Source: an uncultured Chloroflexia bacterium
Lineage (GTDB): Bacteria; Chloroflexota; Limnocylindria; Limnocylindrales; CSP1-4
Length of the DNA stretch: 64,000 nucleotides
NCBI GenBank assembly: GCA_963713975.1
Contig: OY970218.1
Location: 3,072,001-3,136,000 of the forward strand
Direction of reading: 5' to 3'
Under the pieces are notes generated by a model, which searched no databases, was not told the DNA's origin, and worked only from the letters and a program-made list of their open reading frames with translations. Position numbers and translations under genes: made by a program. Of the stretch, positions 18,417-27,760 are shown one piece after another; position 1 is the stretch's first letter; each line of letters opens with the position of its first letter.

Positions 18417-21002
18417 TTACTGGGCGAGGTGCCGCTGCATCGCGGCCTTGCGGGACAGGTTGACCCGGCCCTGGCGGTCGATCTCGGTGACCACCACCAT
18501 GACCTCGTCGCCCACCGACACGACGTCCTCGACAGACGGCACGTGGTAGTCGGCGAGCTCGCCGATCCGGATCAGGCCTTCCTTGCCCGGCAGGATCTCG
18601 ACGAAGCACCCGAAGGTCATCAGGCGCGTCACCTTGCCCAGGTACAGGGATCCGATCTCGACCTCGCGGGTGAGGCTCTCGATCCAGTTGATCGCCTTCT
18701 TCGAGTTCTCGCCGGAGACAGCGGCGATCTCCACCGTGCCGTCGTCCTCGACGTTGATCTCGGTACCGGTCTCCTCCTGGATCTTGCGGATCATCGATCC
18801 ACCCTTGCCGATGATCTCGCGGATCTTCTCGGGGTTGATCTTGATCGTGATGATCCGGGGGGCGAACTCGGACATCTCCTGGCGAGCCGAAGGCAGGACC
18901 GAGGTCATCTTGTCCAGGATGAACAGGCGGGCGGCGAGCGCCTGCTTGAGGCCCTCGCGGATGACCCGCTCGTCGATGCCCTTGACCTTGATGTCCATCT
19001 GCAGGGCGGTGATGCCCTCCGTGGTCCCGGTGACCTTGAAGTCCATGTCGCCGATCGAGTCCTCCTTGCCGAGGATGTCGGTCAGGACGACGAAGTTGCC
19101 GGTGTCACCGTCGAGCACGAGGCCCATCGCCGCGCCGGCGACCGGCGCCTTGATCGGCACGCCCGCGTCCATGAGGGCGAGGGTCGAGCCGCACGTCGAC
19201 GCCATGGACGTGGAGCCGTTGCCGGACACGACCTCGGACACGAGGCGGATAACATAGGGGAACTCCTCCTGCGTCGGGAGCACCGGCAGGAGCGCCCGTG
19301 CGGCGAGGTTGCCGTGCCCGATGTCCCGGCGGGACGGCCCGCGCATCGGCTTGTTCTCGCCGGTGCTGTAGGGCGGGAAGTTGTAGTGGTGGAGGTAGCG
19401 CTTGGACAGCTCGGGGCTGATGGTGTCGATCCGCTGGACGTCCGAGGACGGCCCGAGCGTGGCGACGGTCAGCGCCTGGGTCTGCCCGCGGGTGAACAGG
19501 CCGGAGCCGTGCGCGCGCGGCAGGAGGCCGACCTCGACCGAGATCGGGCGGATCTCGTCGGTGGCGCGGCCGTCCATGCGGATGCCCTCGCTGAGGACGA
19601 GCGCTCGGACGGTCTTCTTCTGGACGAGGCCGAACAGGCTCTTGCTGAACCGGGCATTGCGACGGGCTGCCTCGAGCAGGCGGGCGGACTCGTCCTTGTC
19701 GGTCCGGGTCGCCCTGACCGCGCCGGCGATGCCGTCCTTGAGTCCCTCGATCCGGCCGGGCAGGTCGTTGCCGAACCAGATCAGCAGGTTTGCCGTGGCT
19801 TCGGCGTCCGGCAGCGCGCGATGGTTCTCGCTGAGCTCGACGCCGAAGAACTTGGCCAGGGTCCCGAGCTTGTAGTTCTCGAGATCCGGGTAGCCCTCAC
19901 GAGCGATGACGAGCGTGTCCAGGTACGCGCCCTGGGGGATGCGGGTGCCGTCGCCGAGGGCTTCCTCGATGAACGCGATGTCGAACCCGACCGAGTGGCC
20001 GACGAGCGGCGCACTCCCGACGAACTCGAGCGCCTTGCGGGCGGCCTCGGCCGACGCCGGCGCGTTCTTGACGTCCTTGTCGGTGATCCCGTGCATCTGG
20101 TTGCCGACGATCGGCCGGCCCGGGTTCACGAGCGTGGACCAGCGGTCGGTGATCTTCCCGGCCTTGACCCGGACGGCGGCGATCTCGACGAGGTCGGCCA
20201 TCTTGGGATCGGTGCCGGTCGTCTCGACGTCCACGACCACGAACTCGCCGCCCGCCTTCGCCAGGTCGGCGAACTTGAGCACGGAGTCTGTGAGCGGCTC
20301 GAGGTACGGGACGAGCTTGGGCTTGCCGACCAGCTCGCGCAGCTTCTCCTGAATCTCGACCAGGGGCAGCAGGGAGCGCTGGGCGAACAGGATCGCCTCG
20401 GCCATCACGTCCTCGGGGAGGACCTTGACGCCCGCCTCGACCATCATGATCGCGTCGCGGGTGCCGGAGACGACCAGGTCGAGCTCGGAGTCCTGGAGCT
20501 CGGTGTAGGTCGGGTTGAGGACGAACTCACCATTGATCCGGCCGACGCGAACGGCGCCGACGGGACCCTGGAACGGGATCTCGCTGATGGACAGGGCGGC
20601 GGACGCCGCGATCGTCCCGAGGATGTCCGGGTCGTTCTCCTGGTCCGTGGACAGCACGGTGACCACGAGCTGGACGTCGTCCTTGTAGCCCTCGGGGAAC
20701 AGCGGACGGATCGGGCGGTCCGTGAGCCGGGCAGCGAGGGTCGCCGCCTCGGACATACGGCCTTCGCGCTTGATGAAGCCGCCGGGGATCTTGCCGGCCG
20801 CGTACATCCGCTCCTCGAACTCGACGGTGAGCGGGAAGAAGTCGAGACCGGGCCGCGGCAGGCTGCGGTTGGCCGTCCCGAGGACGAGGGTGTCCCCGTA
20901 ACGGAGGGTGACGGCGCCGCCGGCAAGGCCGGCGAGCTTGCCGGTCTCGAGCGTGAGCGTACGACCGCCGAACTCGATCTCGAGCGTGGTGGGTGTGGGC
21001 AC
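18417..21002 (-). CDS. pnp: Polyribonucleotide nucleotidyltransferase with inserted DEDDh exonuclease domain
   Basis: RNase PH1 (DFFPLTVE...PGGFIKREG..RLTDRPIRP), RNase PH2 (FTRGQTQ, RRDIGHG, GDMDFKV), KH (IIGKGG) and S1 domains. GTG at 21002 after AAGGAGGT gives 861 aa. Downstream of rpsO. Confidence 0.95.
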   Translation of the reverse strand: MPTPTTLEIEFGGRTLTLETGKLAGLAGGAVTLRYGDTLVLGTANRSLPRPGLDFFPLTVEFEERMYAAGKIPGGFIKREGRMSEAATLAARLTDRPIRPLFPEGYKDDVQLVVTVLSTDQENDPDILGTIAASAALSISEIPFQGPVGAVRVGRINGEFVLNPTYTELQDSELDLVVSGTRDAIMMVEAGVKVLPEDVMAEAILFAQRSLLPLVEIQEKLRELVGKPKLVPYLEPLTDSVLKFADLAKAGGEFVVVDVETTGTDPKMADLVEIAAVRVKAGKITDRWSTLVNPGRPIVGNQMHGITDKDVKNAPASAEAARKALEFVGSAPLVGHSVGFDIAFIEEALGDGTRIPQGAYLDTLVIAREGYPDLENYKLGTLAKFFGVELSENHRALPDAEATANLLIWFGNDLPGRIEGLKDGIAGAVRATRTDKDESARLLEAARRNARFSKSLFGLVQKKTVRALVLSEGIRMDGRATDEIRPISVEVGLLPRAHGSGLFTRGQTQALTVATLGPSSDVQRIDTISPELSKRYLHHYNFPPYSTGENKPMRGPSRRDIGHGNLAARALLPVLPTQEEFPYVIRLVSEVVSGNGSTSMASTCGSTLALMDAGVPIKAPVAGAAMGLVLDGDTGNFVVLTDILGKEDSIGDMDFKVTGTTEGITALQMDIKVKGIDERVIREGLKQALAARLFILDKMTSVLPSARQEMSEFAPRIITIKINPEKIREIIGKGGSMIRKIQEETGTEINVEDDGTVEIAAVSGENSKKAINWIESLTREVEIGSLYLGKVTRLMTFGCFVEILPGKEGLIRIGELADYHVPSVEDVVSVGDEVMVVVTEIDRQGRVNLSRKAAMQRHLAQ

Positions 21003-21084
21003 GTGTAAACGACCTCCTTGGTCGTGGACGGAGGAGCGACTGCGGCGGGTGGGGCCGGGTTTCGCCTGGGAGCCGTATTCGATC

Positions 21085-21108
21085 GACCCCGGGGCATGGC
21101 CCGGGGTC
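21085..21108. promoter_or_regulatory. Hairpin in rpsO-pnp intergenic region (terminator or processing structure)
   Basis: GACCCCGGG-gcatgg-CCCGGGGTC. Confidence 0.45.
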
Positions 21109-21124
21109 AGTGATGCGGCGAGTC

Positions 21125-21394
21125 CTAGCGGCGAAGGCCGAGCGAGCCGATGACGGCGCGATAGCGCGCAGGATCCTTCTTCACGAGATACGCGAGAAGG
21201 CGACGGCGCTGACCCACGAGCTTGAGGAGACCGCGGCGCGAATGATTGTCCTTCGGGAAGCGGCGGAGGTGCTCCGTCAGGTCCCGGATCCGCTCCGTCC
21301 GGAGCGCGATCTGGACCTCGGGCGAGCCGGTGTCGCCGTCCTTGACGGCGTAGGCGGCAATGACCTCTTGCTTCTTTTCCCGCGCGAGCGGCAC
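21125..21394 (-). CDS. rpsO: 30S ribosomal protein S15
   Basis: [20 protein letters not shown]...[22 protein letters not shown] at 21394 gives 89 aa. Confidence 0.97.
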   Translation of the reverse strand: MPLAREKKQEVIAAYAVKDGDTGSPEVQIALRTERIRDLTEHLRRFPKDNHSRRGLLKLVGQRRRLLAYLVKKDPARYRAVIGSLGLRR

Positions 21395-21443
21395 TCGATC
21401 CTCCGACACGAACGATGGCGTGACTGTATTTCCTGTCTTTGAC

Positions 21444-21458
21444 CGGCGGAGGATAGCA
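21444..21458 (-). promoter_or_regulatory. rpsO promoter: extended -10 (TGcTATCCT) with GC-rich discriminator
   Basis: TGCTATCCTCCGCCG on the minus strand; the identical 15-mer occurs upstream of rplS. Confidence 0.6.
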
Positions 21459-21504
21459 GGCGACTGCCGCTTCGGGCAAACGCGGAGTCCCTGCAAGCCG
21501 GCAG

Positions 21505-22887
21505 TCAACCCGCCAGCGTCATCGCCAGCTCGGGCCGCAGCAGGAACGGGGGCAGGAAGGACGGCAGGTTCGAGAAAGGCAGGACGTCCGGGTGGAGATC
21601 GATCCCCAGGGCATCGCGCATGAACGCCCGGCGCGCCTCGATCCTGCGCCATGCATCAGGGTAGGCGGACGAGAACGCCTGTCGCAGGCCATCGTCGGCC
21701 AGCGCCAGGCCGTCCTCGATGTTGGTCGTGAACCAGGGCGTGCCGGTCGCCGGGATGATGTCTGCCTGGAGCGCCATCCCGGACCGGAGCTCGACCGTGG
21801 AGCCTGGGCCGATCGGCGAGTTGACCCACTCATCGAGATGGAGCTGGTGGCCCGGGTTGAGCCCGACCCCGAAGAAGGGGTCTCCCAGCCGCTGGTCGAT
21901 GATGGCCTGGAGCACGCCTCCCTGCTGCCCGACATGGAGCGCCCGATACCAGGCCGCAACGGCCTCGAAGTACGGGCCCACCAGCCGATCGACGTAGTCA
22001 CCGACACCATCCGGCAGCCCGGTGGCGTCCTCCACCACGAACCCCGCTCGACAGTTGAGCGAACCCCAGATCCCGAACGCGACGGTCAGGGGATCGCCCT
22101 TCTCGATCGGCCGGTCCCCCGGGCTGAGCAGGCCCAGGCGCGCGCGAGGCCCGGCCGTGAGCATCAGGTGGCAGGACAGCGGGGTGCCGTCCCAGCCCAA
22201 GAGGCGAACCGCCTCCGCCTCGGTCATCCCCGGCCGCAACCCGGCGAGCAGGCCGCGAATGCCGTTCGAGGTGCGGCACGCGGCATGTTCGAACACGGCG
22301 AGCTGGTCCACGTCGTTGATGACGCGCATGCCGTCGGCCGGGTCGATCAGCAGGCCGGCCGCATTCTCCACCCGCCCGGCTGCTCCAACGAGCGACCTGA
22401 TCGTGTCCGCGATGTAGGCGGGGACCTCAATCGTCGTCGGGTCGGCGAAGGTCTTCCAACCCACGACGCCCACCCGCGAGCCGGGTCCGACGCCCTCGTC
22501 CGCCAGGATCGTGGCAAGCATGCGGGAGCGATCCCGTGGCTGGCTGGGCAGGCTGAAGTCCTGGAACAGCTCCCGGCGCATCTCCAGCGGGGCCTCGCCG
22601 GCCGTCCCCCAGCACTCGTTGCCCACCAGGACGAGGGGCGGGTCGTCCGCGCCGACCACGAGCAACGCCTCCTCGAACCTGGGGTCGAACCCTGTCAGGT
22701 AGGCGACGTTCGCGCTGTGCTCCCGGTCCGCATAGACCACGATCCGGTCGTAGCCACGGCTGTCGGCGCGGGCGCGGAGCGCCACGATGCGCTCGGCGTA
22801 GCGCCCCCCGGGCAGCTCAGGCCGCGGGCCGGGTGGGCCGAACTCCGGCAGATCGATCGGAGCGAGTCGCGCAGGTCCCTCCCGCAT
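21505..22887 (-). CDS. Xaa-Pro aminopeptidase/creatinase-like (M24-fold) protein, function unclear
   Basis: [24 protein letters not shown]-domain; C-terminal NPGH..HLDEW, L..GM.LQ.D, NIEDG. ATG at 22887 overlaps the upstream stop. Confidence 0.65.
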   Translation of the reverse strand: MREGPARLAPIDLPEFGPPGPRPELPGGRYAERIVALRARADSRGYDRIVVYADREHSANVAYLTGFDPRFEEALLVVGADDPPLVLVGNECWGTAGEAPLEMRRELFQDFSLPSQPRDRSRMLATILADEGVGPGSRVGVVGWKTFADPTTIEVPAYIADTIRSLVGAAGRVENAAGLLIDPADGMRVINDVDQLAVFEHAACRTSNGIRGLLAGLRPGMTEAEAVRLLGWDGTPLSCHLMLTAGPRARLGLLSPGDRPIEKGDPLTVAFGIWGSLNCRAGFVVEDATGLPDGVGDYVDRLVGPYFEAVAAWYRALHVGQQGGVLQAIIDQRLGDPFFGVGLNPGHQLHLDEWVNSPIGPGSTVELRSGMALQADIIPATGTPWFTTNIEDGLALADDGLRQAFSSAYPDAWRRIEARRAFMRDALGIDLHPDVLPFSNLPSFLPPFLLRPELAMTLAG

Positions 22888-24602
22888 CACCCGCCGCCCT
22901 CCAAGGCCGGCGGCACCCAGGGCACAGCACCGCTGGTGCCACGCTTGATCTCCACGAACTGGTTCGCGTCCACGGTGACCCACGGTCCAACCTCACCGTC
23001 CGGCCACGTCACCCGGACGTCGGCTCTCGTGGCGCCGCCCAGCCCCACGTGGAGCGGGCCGAGCCGGCCACCGATGTGTCCGCCGCCGATGGTGAGCTCG
23101 CGTCGAAGGATGGCCTCCCCCACCCTGACCTCGACGATGCTGCCGATGGCATCCCGGTTGCCGGCGGGTTGCACGACGCGGATGCCCAGCCAGCTGCCCA
23201 TCGCGGACGCGGCATCGGCCGTCCCCGCCCCGACGTTCCGCCACACCCGGACCGGCTCATCGACGTTGACCTCCACGAGGTCCGGCAGGCCGTCGAGGTT
23301 GAGGTCCGCGAGCGTCGCTCCACGGCCCAGGCCCATGCTCAGGATCCCTGCCTCCAGCGCACCCTCCGTGAACGTCCCGTCGGGCTGCCCCAGGAACAGG
23401 TTGCTGGGATCCTCCTTCGCGTAGTCCGCCACCCCGCCCACGTTGCCCTTGGAGACGAACAGGTCCACGAAGCCGTCGTTGTTGACGTCCTCAAACTCCG
23501 GGTGCCAGGCCGTCGACGGCAGGACATCGCCGCCGGTGAACGGCACGGCGGCGTTGACCCCTCGCTTGAGCGCGATGTCCCGGTACGTCGGCTGGGCGGG
23601 CCCGGCGAGCAGGGTCTGGAGCTTGTTGTCGCCCTGGCTGGTGAGATAGATCTCCGGCAGGCCGTCTCCGGTCAGGTCCTGGCTCGCGATGCCCATCCCC
23701 CAGATCTGCATGCTGACCCAGCCATCGTCGGCGGTATAGGCGCGCGGCGCGGCTCCGGGATCCATCCGCCACAGCTGGTCCGAGCCATCCGAGTAGTAGT
23801 GGCGGTCGTTGGTGACCCGCAGGTCCCTGCGGAGGGCCCCGTCCCACGAGCTGAACAGCATCGACAGCGTGCAGTAGCCCGGGGCGAGGGTCTCGGGAGC
23901 GGCGTAGCCACCCGCTTCCGTGGCGGGACGGTACAGGAGGCTCGGCTCGCAGTCGAAGGTCGGCTCGTGCGCGGCGTCGAGGGTCACGTAGTTGCCGAGG
24001 GCAAGGGTCGGCATGGCGGCGTAGCCTTCCCATGTCGCCGAGAGTGCCGTCGTCCATGCCTCGGGTGCGGCGAACCCCCAGGCCTCGTTGGCCCGCTCGA
24101 ACCGGCACCCACCCAGGCCCCGCAGGAGCACCGACTCCCCCACCCTGAGCACGGCCAGGTCCGTGCGCCCGTTTCCGTCGATATCGACCGGATAGGCACC
24201 CGTCACGCCCTCGAGGTCCGTCGCGGCATCGGCGATCCGCACGAAACGCAGCGCCCCACCGACGTCGCCGTCGTTGTGGAAGAGACCTGCCGGACCCGAG
24301 CCGCCGGCGACGTAGACATCCGGGCGGCCGTCCTCGTCGCAGTCCAGCACGGCGAGGCCTCCGCCGGTTGCATAGGTCACGCCGCCGCCGTACGTATGGC
24401 CCAGACCCGCTCCTGTGGTCTCCTCGATGAAGTGAGGCGCGCCAAGGGCAGCCTGCGGCGTGGACGACCCGACTCCGCGCACCGCCACGATGATGCCGAT
24501 CACGACGGCGACAACGACCACGACGAGTCCCGCCGCCCAACGGCCGACGCGACGCCGGCCGCCTGACCGGGGCACGATCGTCTCGCTGCCGGCCCCGCTC
24601 AC
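22887..24602 (-). CDS. CRTAC1-like protein (FG-GAP/VCBS repeats and ASPIC/UnbV C-terminus), N-terminally membrane anchored
   Basis: Repeated D.D.DG..D motifs (DCDEDGRPDVYV, DIDGNGRTDL, DLTGDGLPEI, DVNNDGFVDL, DLNLDGLPDL); NRDAIGS.VEV, LHVGLG, VTWPDG. GTG at 24602. Confidence 0.85.
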   Translation of the reverse strand: MSGAGSETIVPRSGGRRRVGRWAAGLVVVVVAVVIGIIVAVRGVGSSTPQAALGAPHFIEETTGAGLGHTYGGGVTYATGGGLAVLDCDEDGRPDVYVAGGSGPAGLFHNDGDVGGALRFVRIADAATDLEGVTGAYPVDIDGNGRTDLAVLRVGESVLLRGLGGCRFERANEAWGFAAPEAWTTALSATWEGYAAMPTLALGNYVTLDAAHEPTFDCEPSLLYRPATEAGGYAAPETLAPGYCTLSMLFSSWDGALRRDLRVTNDRHYYSDGSDQLWRMDPGAAPRAYTADDGWVSMQIWGMGIASQDLTGDGLPEIYLTSQGDNKLQTLLAGPAQPTYRDIALKRGVNAAVPFTGGDVLPSTAWHPEFEDVNNDGFVDLFVSKGNVGGVADYAKEDPSNLFLGQPDGTFTEGALEAGILSMGLGRGATLADLNLDGLPDLVEVNVDEPVRVWRNVGAGTADAASAMGSWLGIRVVQPAGNRDAIGSIVEVRVGEAILRRELTIGGGHIGGRLGPLHVGLGGATRADVRVTWPDGEVGPWVTVDANQFVEIKRGTSGAVPWVPPALEGGG

Positions 24603-26512
24603 GTGCCAGCCACACCGGCGTAGTAGCGCTGGGCCAGGGACCAGGCGCCGATCCCGCATTGGGAGCCCACGCGGCGGCCCTCGAGGTCGTCTGGCTCCAC
24701 GTGGATCCCGCCCCACAGGCGGGATCTCCCTGCCTGGTCCGCGGCGTCGAAGTACGTGGCCCACTCCAGGCGGATGTCCGTCGTCGGACCGGCTTCGAAC
24801 TTCAGCGACCCTGGCTTGATCGTGTAGGAGCTCTCCCCGCCCGGGAAGTACTCGCTGCCGGTGAACCCGGTCAGCACCTCGGCCGCGGCCCGGCTGAACG
24901 AGCTGTGGCCCGACACGTAGCCCGGGAAGGACGGCGTCACGAAGGTCGGGAGCTGGTAGGGAATCCAGTCCACCGCGCGGATCCAGCCCACGCCGGCGGT
25001 CTCGTTCTTCGGATCCTCCGGGGTTCCGGCCCAGGACAGGACCGCGATCTCGTTCTCGTGACCTGCGAGGGAGGCGTGCCGGCCCCCGGGGGCCGTGGAC
25101 GCACGGGTGATCAGCTCGATGAGGTCCGGGACCAGGGGCAGGCCCTCCGGGTCGTAGGACGGCTGCGCCGGGTCGCTCGACTGGCCCCGGCCACCCATAT
25201 AGCGGATCATCGAGATCGGCCGGACGCTGTCGTAGTAGCCCTTCAGGCCCCAGGCCGCGATCGCGGCGTCGTGGACCGCACCGTTCAGCGCGAGGTAGAG
25301 CTTCGTGTCCCACTCCAGGCGGTCGACCGGGTCACCGGTTCCGCCAACCCGGAGGTCGGGGTCGATCTCGTCCGACACGAGGTTCGCCAGCACGTTCCAG
25401 TGGCCGGGCGGCGTCTCCGAGCTGGGCCCGTCCGCCCAGAACTCGGCCATCACGCGTCCGTAGTCTCCCTGCAGGACGACGTCGGGCTCGTACGCCTGGC
25501 CCGTGACGGGGTTCACCGGGTGGCCGGTGCCATCGTCGGTGCCGAGATCGTTTGCGCCCATCGCATCCGGCGAGATGTCGATCAGGACGCCGTCCGACGG
25601 ATCGAGGAGGCTGCTGAGGCGGATCACCTCGACGGCGGCGTCCTTGTAGGCCTGGTCGGTGACGGGGTCGCCGAGCTGTGGCGGCGGACCCGGGTCGATC
25701 GGCGTGCCCGTGCCGCTGTCCACGGGAAGTGCGAATCCCTCCACGTGGCCCCAGTGGGGGCCGATGGCCTGCTGGACGCCGTTGGTGACGGGGATGCCGT
25801 TCTGCGAGATCATGTGCTCGATCTGCAGCGGCTGCCAGTGGTTCGGGTCCGTCATCGTGGCGCCCGGCTGGCTGACCACGAGGGGCGGGTTGACCGGCTT
25901 GTAGGCCGGCGCCGCGTAGCCGCCATCCTCGTTCGAGCCGTCGCCCTTGCTGTCCGCGATGACCGCAGCCGCGATGCGGTTCCCCAGTGCCGCCGGCGAG
26001 TCGCCCTCGGTCGTGACGATGTCAACCGGATAGCACAGGGCGTCCATGACGTCGGCGAACTCCGACAGCGAGTCCGAGCCGCCCGTGGCCTTGATGTACC
26101 GCTCGTTGAGGACCCGGTACGCCGCGTAGCTCATCGCCTCCTCGCGGGCGGCCGTCACGTCGTCCGCGTTGTGCTTCTCGGTCAGGAGGTAGCCGCGGGC
26201 GTTCTCATCGTAGGCGGCCCAGGCGTCCCACATCGCCACCGAGGTGTGGAACAGGTTGCGGGCATGGACGGTGGGCGCCGGCAGGGCCCTGCGGATCGCG
26301 TCCAGCAGCACCTCGTCCCAGCGACGTGCGACCGACCATTCCGGGTGGTCCGCAGCGGGCGGGCAGCTGGGAGCCGACACCCATGGCCGCGCGACGGCCA
26401 CGCCAACGCCTGCGATGACCACGAGGACGACCACCGCTGTGATCCCGGCAATCCGGCCCGTGCGCGCGCGTCGGCGCGGCGCCGGGGCGTCAGCGATCTC
26501 CGCCTGATCCAT
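24599..26512 (-). CDS. Vanadium-dependent haloperoxidase (PAP2 superfamily), probably exported
   Basis: Vanadate-site motifs WGLKGYYDSVRP, PSFPGYVSGHS, SRLWGGIH, plus FWADGP..ETPPGHW. N-terminal TM/signal segment. Confidence 0.85.
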   Translation of the reverse strand: MDQAEIADAPAPRRRARTGRIAGITAVVVLVVIAGVGVAVARPWVSAPSCPPAADHPEWSVARRWDEVLLDAIRRALPAPTVHARNLFHTSVAMWDAWAAYDENARGYLLTEKHNADDVTAAREEAMSYAAYRVLNERYIKATGGSDSLSEFADVMDALCYPVDIVTTEGDSPAALGNRIAAAVIADSKGDGSNEDGGYAAPAYKPVNPPLVVSQPGATMTDPNHWQPLQIEHMISQNGIPVTNGVQQAIGPHWGHVEGFALPVDSGTGTPIDPGPPPQLGDPVTDQAYKDAAVEVIRLSSLLDPSDGVLIDISPDAMGANDLGTDDGTGHPVNPVTGQAYEPDVVLQGDYGRVMAEFWADGPSSETPPGHWNVLANLVSDEIDPDLRVGGTGDPVDRLEWDTKLYLALNGAVHDAAIAAWGLKGYYDSVRPISMIRYMGGRGQSSDPAQPSYDPEGLPLVPDLIELITRASTAPGGRHASLAGHENEIAVLSWAGTPEDPKNETAGVGWIRAVDWIPYQLPTFVTPSFPGYVSGHSSFSRAAAEVLTGFTGSEYFPGGESSYTIKPGSLKFEAGPTTDIRLEWATYFDAADQAGRSRLWGGIHVEPDDLEGRRVGSQCGIGAWSLAQRYYAGVAGT

Positions 26513-26581
26513 CGGACTGGCTCCCGGATCGTTCTCTCGGCGCGGCCGGGTCCCTGATCCAGCCGCGGGTGACTGCCGTCA

Positions 26582-27568
26582 TCATCGCTCAGCGGCCGCG
26601 AACAGGCGCTCGATGACCCGCAGGTTGGCGATCGCATCCTCCAGGTCGAATGCCGGAGCAGCCCCGTCGATGACGACCGCCGCGAACTCCTCCGCCTCGA
26701 CGGCGTAGGGATCGGCCGGCGGCAGCTCGATTGTGGTCGTCGCCGGCGCCACGGGAGGATCCCCACCCGCCGTGACGTGGATCCGTGACGGCCGGTCCGG
26801 CGGGATGTTGAACGGGATGTCGATCGAGATCCGCCCCTCGGTCCCGTAGATGTGAACACGCTGGTCCGGCTCCACCTGGGTGGCGCAGGTGAACGTCGCC
26901 AGGCCCGACTCGAACGTCAGCAGCCCGCTCGTGAGGATGTCCACGCCGCTCCCGGGATCGCGGACGATGCCGGCGGCCACAGACACCGGCTCGCCGCCGA
27001 ACAGCATCCGCGACAGGTTCACGCAGTAGCAGCCGATGTCGTACAGAGCACCCCCGCCGAACGCGCCGATGTTCCGGATGTTCGCCGGATCGTCGTTGTG
27101 GTACGAGAACCACGAGTCAACCGCCCGCAGGCGTCCGATCCGCCCGGAGGCGACCAGGTCGCGAACCGCGAGCCACGACGGGTGCAGGCGGTACATGAAG
27201 GCCTCGGCCAGGTGCACGCCCGCCTCTCGGCAGGCATCGGCCATCTCCTGCCCCTCGGCCGCCGTCAGCGCCAGCGGCTTCTCGCACAGGACGTGCTTGC
27301 CGGCCCGGGCGGCCGCCATCGTCCACGCGGCATGGAGGTGGTTGGGCAGCGGGATGTAGACGGCGTCGATGTCCGGGTCGGCGAGCAGCGCCTCGTATGA
27401 GCCGTAGGCGCGCTGGATCCCCAGCGCGCCGGCGACCGTGCGGGCCCGCGACGCGTCCCGCGACGCGATCCCCAGCACCTCGCATCGCTCGGCACTGCGG
27501 ATCCCTGGAATGACCTTGCCGGTGGCGATGGCGGCCGTCGACAGCACGCCCCAGCGGAGAACGGTCAT
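26582..27568 (-). CDS. Gfo/Idh/MocA oxidoreductase (xylose 1-dehydrogenase-like)
   Basis: RWGVLSTAAIA, AVYIPLPNHLH, GKHVLCEKP, EAFMYRLHP, GGGALYDIGCY. ATG at 27568 after GGAGAGGAG. Confidence 0.88.
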   Translation of the reverse strand: MTVLRWGVLSTAAIATGKVIPGIRSAERCEVLGIASRDASRARTVAGALGIQRAYGSYEALLADPDIDAVYIPLPNHLHAAWTMAAARAGKHVLCEKPLALTAAEGQEMADACREAGVHLAEAFMYRLHPSWLAVRDLVASGRIGRLRAVDSWFSYHNDDPANIRNIGAFGGGALYDIGCYCVNLSRMLFGGEPVSVAAGIVRDPGSGVDILTSGLLTFESGLATFTCATQVEPDQRVHIYGTEGRISIDIPFNIPPDRPSRIHVTAGGDPPVAPATTTIELPPADPYAVEAEEFAAVVIDGAAPAFDLEDAIANLRVIERLFAAAER

Positions 27569-27685
27569 GACGCTCCTCTCCATCCGTGGTGCCGGATCGG
27601 GAACCCGGCCTGCTCCATCGCTGGGCCCCCGGCGCCGTCGATCCCGCGGACCCGGCACCCCCATCGGGCGTCGCAGAACTCGGAC

Positions 27686-27744
27686 TTGACAGGGACCTGT
27701 TGTTGGGAGAGTCTGGCACAAGTTTGCAAGAAAGGATCACAAAC
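27686..27744 (+). promoter_or_regulatory. Putative xylR promoter (TTGACA-17-GAGTCT) and ROK operator GTTTG-N13-CAAAC (27722-27744)
   Basis: Perfect -35 TTGACA at 27686 and an AT-rich inverted repeat just downstream; the motif recurs upstream of xylA. Confidence 0.6.
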
Positions 27745-27760
27745 CTTGCAGCAAGGTCGC

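Noticed and set aside
19780-20250. PNPase insert as an intein or mobile intron
   Set aside because: No N-terminal Cys/Ser or C-terminal His-Asn splice motifs and no LAGLIDADG; the motifs are those of a DEDDh exonuclease.
18429-21008. 859-aa ORF antisense to pnp and many similar overlapping ORFs
   Set aside because: Mirror-frame artefacts of GC3 bias.
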